A DNA stretch of 64,000 nucleotides from Planctomycetota bacterium (GTDB lineage Bacteria; Planctomycetota; UBA1135; UBA2386): positions 32,001-96,000 of the forward strand of contig CANMWZ010000011.1 of the NCBI GenBank assembly GCA_947501605.1, given 5' to 3'. Below are positions 58,980 through 64,000 of this stretch, piece after piece. Position 1 is the first letter of the stretch. Each line of letters begins with the position of its first letter. The translations under genes and the position numbers were made by a program. Below the pieces are notes generated by a model. That model searched no databases and had not been told where the DNA came from. It worked only from the letters and a program-made list of their open reading frames with translations.

Positions 58980-60025
58980 CACAGCTCGCCCCAGGAATGG
59001 GCGCAGCGAACTTCGCCGACTTGCTGGTCGCGCGTGTTGACGATCTTCTGCACGTGAAACGACTGCAGCGCGTTGGGTACGCCGTTCACGAAGGCCCCGA
59101 GGTGCCGCAGCACATCCACCACTACCGGGAAGTAGCCGCGATCGCTGCCGTCCCCGATCTTGACCGCGATGCCGACGGCTTCCGGGCAGTGCGCGCGCGC
59201 CGGATCGGGTCCGAGCGCCACCGCGTAGACACCTTCGGCGCCGTTCTTGGCAAACCGCAATGACGGCACGCTCTTCAGGAGCGCCGTGCAGAGCCGTTGC
59301 TGCCCCGCCAACATCGCGGGCTCGGCGCGCACCGCCTGATGGATCCGTTCGCATGCGGCGCTTCGAACGGGCCCAAGGCCCGACGGGTTCGCCAGCCGTG
59401 CGAATCCTCGCGCCAGCGCCTGCAATGGCAGCACGAACGTCGGTGCGCCGCAGCCATCGACACCCCGCTCGGGCATCTCCGTGACCCCCGTCATGGCGGC
59501 GACCGCCGCCGCGACCTCACGCTGACTCTTCGTGCCGGGCTCGAGATAGTTGCCGACGGCGTCGCCGCACTCCTTGGCGAGGCACAGAAAACCGGCGTGC
59601 TTGCCCGAGCAGTTGTTGTGGACGCGCATCGGCTTCTGCCCCTCCTGGCGCATCGCCTCGCGCGCACCACTGTCGAACGGCGCGTGTGGGCCACAGCCGA
59701 GCTGACCTTCGTGCATACCGCCCTTCTTCAAGAAGCTGCGCACCGCAGCAACGTGGGCCGCAGTGCCGTCGTGGCTGGCGCACATCACCGCGATCTCTTT
59801 GTCGTCGAGCCCGAATCGTCGATCGAGGCCGCGCTCGAGGAAGGGCAGCGCCTGCAGCGGCTTGGTCGCGGATCGACAGATCACCTTGCCCTCCGGATCG
59901 CCCGCAGCCAGCAACAGGTCGTCGCCATGCCAGACGGCAACAGCCCCGCGGTGCCAGGATTCGATTCGACCACTGCGCGTCACCGTGGCCAGCACTGGTT
60001 CGTCAGCAAAAGGGAGGCTCGGCAT
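58979..60025 (-). CDS. Class 3 (Rhizobium etli-type) L-asparaginase
   Basis: RSATKP, CASH, NNCSGKH, DGCGAP, AKNGAEG, KIGDG. Confidence 0.88.
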   Translation of the reverse strand: MPSLPFADEPVLATVTRSGRIESWHRGAVAVWHGDDLLLAAGDPEGKVICRSATKPLQALPFLERGLDRRFGLDDKEIAVMCASHDGTAAHVAAVRSFLKKGGMHEGQLGCGPHAPFDSGAREAMRQEGQKPMRVHNNCSGKHAGFLCLAKECGDAVGNYLEPGTKSQREVAAAVAAMTGVTEMPERGVDGCGAPTFVLPLQALARGFARLANPSGLGPVRSAACERIHQAVRAEPAMLAGQQRLCTALLKSVPSLRFAKNGAEGVYAVALGPDPARAHCPEAVGIAVKIGDGSDRGYFPVVVDVLRHLGAFVNGVPNALQSFHVQKIVNTRDQQVGEVRCAHSWGEL

Positions 60026-60090
60026 AGTCGGGGCAGCTGGTTATAACGCGATCGTCCGCCACCGCACGACCCGCACCCCTGTCTTCTGCC

Positions 60091-60531
60091 ATGGACCAGA
60101 TTGAAGTCGAACTCGCCCGCATCGTCATCCAACAGAAGGGTGAGCAGCAGTACATCCACCTGCGGGAGAAGGAGGGCTCCGGTCGAACGTTCCCGATCGT
60201 CATCGGCTTCACCGAGATCGAGGAGATCAACCGCAAGCTGCACGGCGTGCAGGCGCCGCGACCGCTGACCCACGACCTGGTCGGGCGGCTGGTCAAGGAA
60301 CTGGGCTGGCGACTCGCGCGCGTGATCGTGACCGAACTGCGGGACGGCACCTTCTTCGCCAACCTCGTCCTGGTCCCGGCCGAGGCCACCGCCGCCAAGG
60401 GCGAACAGTCCGAACGCCGCGTCGACTGTCGCCCCTCCGACGCGATCGCGCTGGCAGTCCAGACCGGCGCCCGCATGTTCGTCGCTCGCGACGTGTTCGA
60501 CCTGGTGGCGCCGGGCGTCGGCCCAGCGTAG
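60091..60531 (+). CDS. Bifunctional nuclease family protein (DUF151)
   Basis: FPIVIG..E, PRPLTHDL, GTFFA, DCRPSDAIALA. Confidence 0.92.
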   Translation: MDQIEVELARIVIQQKGEQQYIHLREKEGSGRTFPIVIGFTEIEEINRKLHGVQAPRPLTHDLVGRLVKELGWRLARVIVTELRDGTFFANLVLVPAEATAAKGEQSERRVDCRPSDAIALAVQTGARMFVARDVFDLVAPGVGPA

Positions 60532-60550
60532 CGTTTGGCTCGCACCCCGC

Positions 60551-60640
60551 GGTGGGGTGGCAGAGTGGCTGAATGCGGCGGTCTTGAAAACCGCTGTCGG
60601 CGGAAGCCGACCGGGGGTTCGAATCCCCCCCCCACCGCCA
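60551..60640 (+). tRNA. tRNA-Ser (anticodon TGA)
   Basis: Acceptor GGTGGGG/CCCCACC, anticodon arm GCGGT-CT-TGA-AA-ACCGC, long variable arm, GGGGG-TTCGAAT-CCCCC, discriminator G, encoded CCA. Confidence 0.96.
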
Positions 60641-60708
60641 ACTTCTGGTGCGCCAGAGCAGGCTGCAGCGGCCGTGCCTTCCGGCCGAACGCCGAGAGCT
60701 CACCTGCC

Positions 60709-61194
60709 TTACTTGCGGAAGGCAATCGAGCCCTTCTGCGGCCCGTCGATGCCCTCGATCTCGATCCAGAGGAGACTGCCGTCGGCGAGCGGCTTCGGCA
60801 CTTCGGGGTGCCCGTGCAGGCGCGTAGCCGTCTCCGCCTGAAAGCGGACCCGCATGGAGCCGATGCTGGACTCGTCGCCGATCCAGCCGCGGACCGCCGC
60901 CGGCAGCGTTGTCCCCGTGGCAAAGTCGAGGTCGAAGTCCCCTTCTTGGCCGGGTTCGATCTTGGCCACCTGGAAGACGCTGATCGTGTGGCTACCCACT
61001 TTCACTTCGCCAAGGGCAATGCGGTCCGTGTGCACGTGTCCGTGCTCCGCGGTTCCAGCGACAGGCTCGTCTTGGTGCACCGTGCCGTCGGCATGCACAT
61101 GCATGCCTGCTGGCGCCGAATGGTCGTTTGAATCGCCACTGCAGGCCGACACCACGAGACTGAGAGACAGTGCGATTGCGCGCGTAGAAGTCAT
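60709..61194 (-). CDS. His-rich lipoprotein, probable metal-binding partner of the RND pump
   Basis: LVVSAC lipobox; HSAPAGMHVHADGTVH...EHGHVH; ATGA overlap with the RND stop. Confidence 0.8.
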   Translation of the reverse strand: MTSTRAIALSLSLVVSACSGDSNDHSAPAGMHVHADGTVHQDEPVAGTAEHGHVHTDRIALGEVKVGSHTISVFQVAKIEPGQEGDFDLDFATGTTLPAAVRGWIGDESSIGSMRVRFQAETATRLHGHPEVPKPLADGSLLWIEIEGIDGPQKGSIAFRK

Positions 61195-64000
61195 GAGAAC
61201 TCCATCGAGTCAGGGGAATCGTGCGTCGGCTGCAGAGGCTGGTTCTTGAACAGCAAGTAGAACCCAGCAGGCACGACCAGAAGGTTGAGGAAGGTCGACG
61301 ATAGCAGTCCGCCCAGGACCACCACCGAGAGCGGAGCGAGAATCTCACTACCTGGTTCGCCCGCCGCCATGACGATGGGCAAGAGGCCGAGCGCGGCAGT
61401 GAGAGCCGTCATCAGGATCGGCACCAGTCGCTCCATGGAACCGCGCAGGATGGCTTCGGTGAGCGGCACGCCTTCGTGCATCAGGTCGAAGTAGTGCCTC
61501 ACGAGCAGGATGCCGTTGCGCACAGCGATCCCGAACAGGGTGATGAACCCAACCATGCTGGCGATCGAGATGACCGGGGCCACATAGCGCTCGCCGCCGA
61601 GGCCAAAGAGCGCGAGCGTGTTCCACCACAGACTTGGCGACTCCGTCAGGTAGATGGCAACGATGCCGCCGATCAGCGCGAGCGGCAGGTTGACCATCAC
61701 CAGCATGGCGGCTCTCAAGGAGCCCAAGGCGGCGTGCACGAGCATCAGCATGATGACGACCACGAACGAGCCCATCACCAAGATGGAATCACTTGCCGAC
61801 TGCTGCGCTTCGAACTGACCACCGAGCGCGAGCGTGCAACCGGCCCCAGTCACGATCGGTTCGATGCGCTGCTTCACGAGAGCTACCAACTGCCCGAGGT
61901 TGTAACCGTCAGCGACGTTGCAAGAGACGACCGCCTTGCGCCGACCATTCTCGCGCGCGATCAGGTTCGACGTGCGCTCACGGCCGATGTCGGCGACATC
62001 GCGCAACCGGACATTGGCACCCCCCACACCGCGAAGGATCAGATTGCCGACATCGTCGATGCGCTCGCGTTCGTCCGGATGCAAACGCACCGTGATCGCG
62101 TAGCGGCGCATGCCCTCGTTGACCTCGGCAACCGTCTCGCCCTGTAGCGCATCCTGCACCTGCTCGGCGGCCGTGGCCGGACTCAGTCCGGCGGCGGCAA
62201 GATCTCGCGGTCGGTAGCGCACCGGCAGCGACGTGATCAGCACCTCGCGATTCGCCGCGACATCGCGAGTACCCGGCAACGACTTCAGCTCGCCTTCGAT
62301 CGTCTTCGCCAGCATGCGCAGCACACTGAGATCATCGCCCTGGACGACGATCGCGATCGCGGCGGGAGTGCCGGAAAGCACGTGGGACAGACGATGTTCA
62401 ATCGGCTGGCCGATGCTGGTCGTGATGCCGGGCACACCCGCGAGGACGCCATCGAGAGATCGGCGCACCTCGAACTTGTCGAAGCCTGGCTGGATGGTCA
62501 CGTCGAGCTCCGAACTGCTGACGGGCTCGGCGTGCTCATCGCGCTCTGCCCGTCCCGTTCGCCGCACCACCGAGCGGACGCCAGGCAACCGCGCCAACTG
62601 CGCTTCGACTCCGGTCGCCAGTCGATTGCTCTCCTCGAGGGATGTGCCGGGAGGTGCCATCAAGAACACCGTGAAGGTGCCTTCGTTGAATTCCGGCAAG
62701 AAGCTCGTCCCGTAGGTCCGACCGAGCGCAAGGCTGGCTACGGTCGCGAGTGCGGAGGCGACCAGGACGATGCGGCCGCGGTGCATCACCAGACGCAGCG
62801 CCGGCTCGTATCGCTGCTTCAGCCAGCGTACGAGGATGCCCTCGCCGTGCACTCTGGCGTTGACGGCGCCGAGCAACATGCGGCACAGCGCCGGCGTCAC
62901 GGTCAGCGCAACGATCAACGACGCAAAGGTCGAGACGATGTAGGCGATCCCGAGCGGTCGAAAGAACCGCCCTTCGATGCCCTGCAAGAACAGCAGCGGC
63001 ACGAAGACCATGCAGATGATGACCGTGGCGAACACCACCGAGCTGCGGATCTCATTGCTGGCCCTCCAGATGACCTGCCGCACGGGTTTGCGCGACTCAG
63101 CCGGCAGAGCCGCGTTCTCGTGCAGTCGTCGAAACACATTCTCGACGTCGATGATCGCGTCATCCACGAGTTCGCCAATCGCAACTGCGAGCCCTCCAAG
63201 CGTCATGACGTTGACGGACAACCCGGCCGCCCACAAGACCAGAAAGGCGACGGCCAAACTGAGTGGCAACGCCGTCAGCGTGATCAGCGTGGTCCTGAAG
63301 TCCAAGAGGAACAGGATGAGGATGATGGCGACGAAGAACGCGGCGTCGCGCAGGACGGTGATCAGGTTGTGGACCGAGAGCTCGATGAAGTCCGCCTGCC
63401 GCATCACGTGCCGATTGAGCACGATTCCGGCTGGCATCGACTTCTCGATTTGATCCAGCCTCGCGTCGATCTTGGCCGTCAGGTTCAACGTGTTCGTTCC
63501 CGGTGACTTCTGGACCGAGAGCACTACGGCAGCCTTGCCGCGTTCGCTGGCAGCACCGCGTTTGGGAGTTGCACCGAGCACGACCTCCGCGACCTGACCG
63601 ATCGTGATCGGATGCCCGTCCTTGTAGCGGACGATCGTGCCCGCGATGTCCGCCGCGGACCGCACTCGGCCCGTCTGCCGCACTGGCAGCTCGAGTCCCT
63701 CGACATTCGACAGGTAGCCAGCACCCGCAGTGCTATGAGCCTTGCGGGCAGCCTCGACCACTTCCTGCATGGTCAGTTCGTAGAGCTGCAACTGCTGCTG
63801 CCGAACGTTGACTTGGTACTCCGGCAGGTCACCACCGATCGCGACGACCTGTGCCACCCCAGGCACTGCGAGCAGCTGATTGCGCAACTCGAACTCTGCG
63901 TACGCCCGCACGGCCATGGGCGACGGATCGCCAAGAGGAGCGGAGAGTGACAACAGCAAGATCTCGCCCGTGATCGACGTGATCGGCGTGATCTCGGCAT
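61191..64000 (-). CDS. Heavy-metal efflux RND permease (CusA/CzcA family), 5' end outside the window
   Basis: GELVDDAIIDVEN, EGRFFRPL, FLPEFNEG, GIAVRNGI, RLVPILMTA; frame open to the window edge (ITPITSITGEI). Confidence 0.93.
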   Translation of the reverse strand, partial: AEITPITSITGEILLLSLSAPLGDPSPMAVRAYAEFELRNQLLAVPGVAQVVAIGGDLPEYQVNVRQQQLQLYELTMQEVVEAARKAHSTAGAGYLSNVEGLELPVRQTGRVRSAADIAGTIVRYKDGHPITIGQVAEVVLGATPKRGAASERGKAAVVLSVQKSPGTNTLNLTAKIDARLDQIEKSMPAGIVLNRHVMRQADFIELSVHNLITVLRDAAFFVAIILILFLLDFRTTLITLTALPLSLAVAFLVLWAAGLSVNVMTLGGLAVAIGELVDDAIIDVENVFRRLHENAALPAESRKPVRQVIWRASNEIRSSVVFATVIICMVFVPLLFLQGIEGRFFRPLGIAYIVSTFASLIVALTVTPALCRMLLGAVNARVHGEGILVRWLKQRYEPALRLVMHRGRIVLVASALATVASLALGRTYGTSFLPEFNEGTFTVFLMAPPGTSLEESNRLATGVEAQLARLPGVRSVVRRTGRAERDEHAEPVSSSELDVTIQPGFDKFEVRRSLDGVLAGVPGITTSIGQPIEHRLSHVLSGTPAAIAIVVQGDDLSVLRMLAKTIEGELKSLPGTRDVAANREVLITSLPVRYRPRDLAAAGLSPATAAEQVQDALQGETVAEVNEGMRRYAITVRLHPDERERIDDVGNLILRGVGGANVRLRDVADIGRERTSNLIARENGRRKAVVSCNVADGYNLGQLVALVKQRIEPIVTGAGCTLALGGQFEAQQSASDSILVMGSFVVVIMLMLVHAALGSLRAAMLVMVNLPLALIGGIVAIYLTESPSLWWNTLALFGLGGERYVAPVISIASMVGFITLFGIAVRNGILLVRHYFDLMHEGVPLTEAILRGSMERLVPILMTALTAALGLLPIVMAAGEPGSEILAPLSVVVLGGLLSSTFLNLLVVPAGFYLLFKNQPLQPTHDSPDSMEFS

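Noticed and set aside
60551..60640. Selenocysteine or suppressor tRNA
   Set aside because: The anticodon is TGA (reads UCA, Ser), not TCA, and the acceptor stem is the normal 7 bp.

Overview
GC-rich bacterial chromosomal window with about 46 CDS, one tRNA-Ser(TGA) and no recognisable CRISPR array, integrase, transposase or rRNA. The gene repertoire (ECF sigma factor coupled to a Ser/Thr kinase with WD40 repeats, FG-GAP/ASPIC proteins, a YdjY-like protein, many signal-peptide hypotheticals) suggests Planctomycetota; this is inference only. Housekeeping genes: purA-uppS-cdsA-phoH-ybeY, leuB-like dehydrogenase, thiolase plus a single-chain LeuD-LeuC-like dehydratase, type-2 ileS, RluA-family synthase, dinB, nnrD, class-3 asparaginase. 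The rest is mostly envelope and secreted proteins. The strongest unexplained signal is a ~110-130 aa C-terminal domain shared by secreted proteins with unrelated cargo (clear in 40098-42086 and 52851-54716, weaker in 9095-10879), a candidate lineage-specific sorting or anchoring module. Other points: a frameshifted tandem paralog pair that reads as one fused ORF, a 9-bp G3-tract tandem array, a possible degenerate sigma-like protein, beta-barrels with lipoprotein-like signals, and a heavy-metal RND gene next to the tRNA. Several start codons were re-chosen relative to the ORF track. All family calls come from motif recognition, not database searches.
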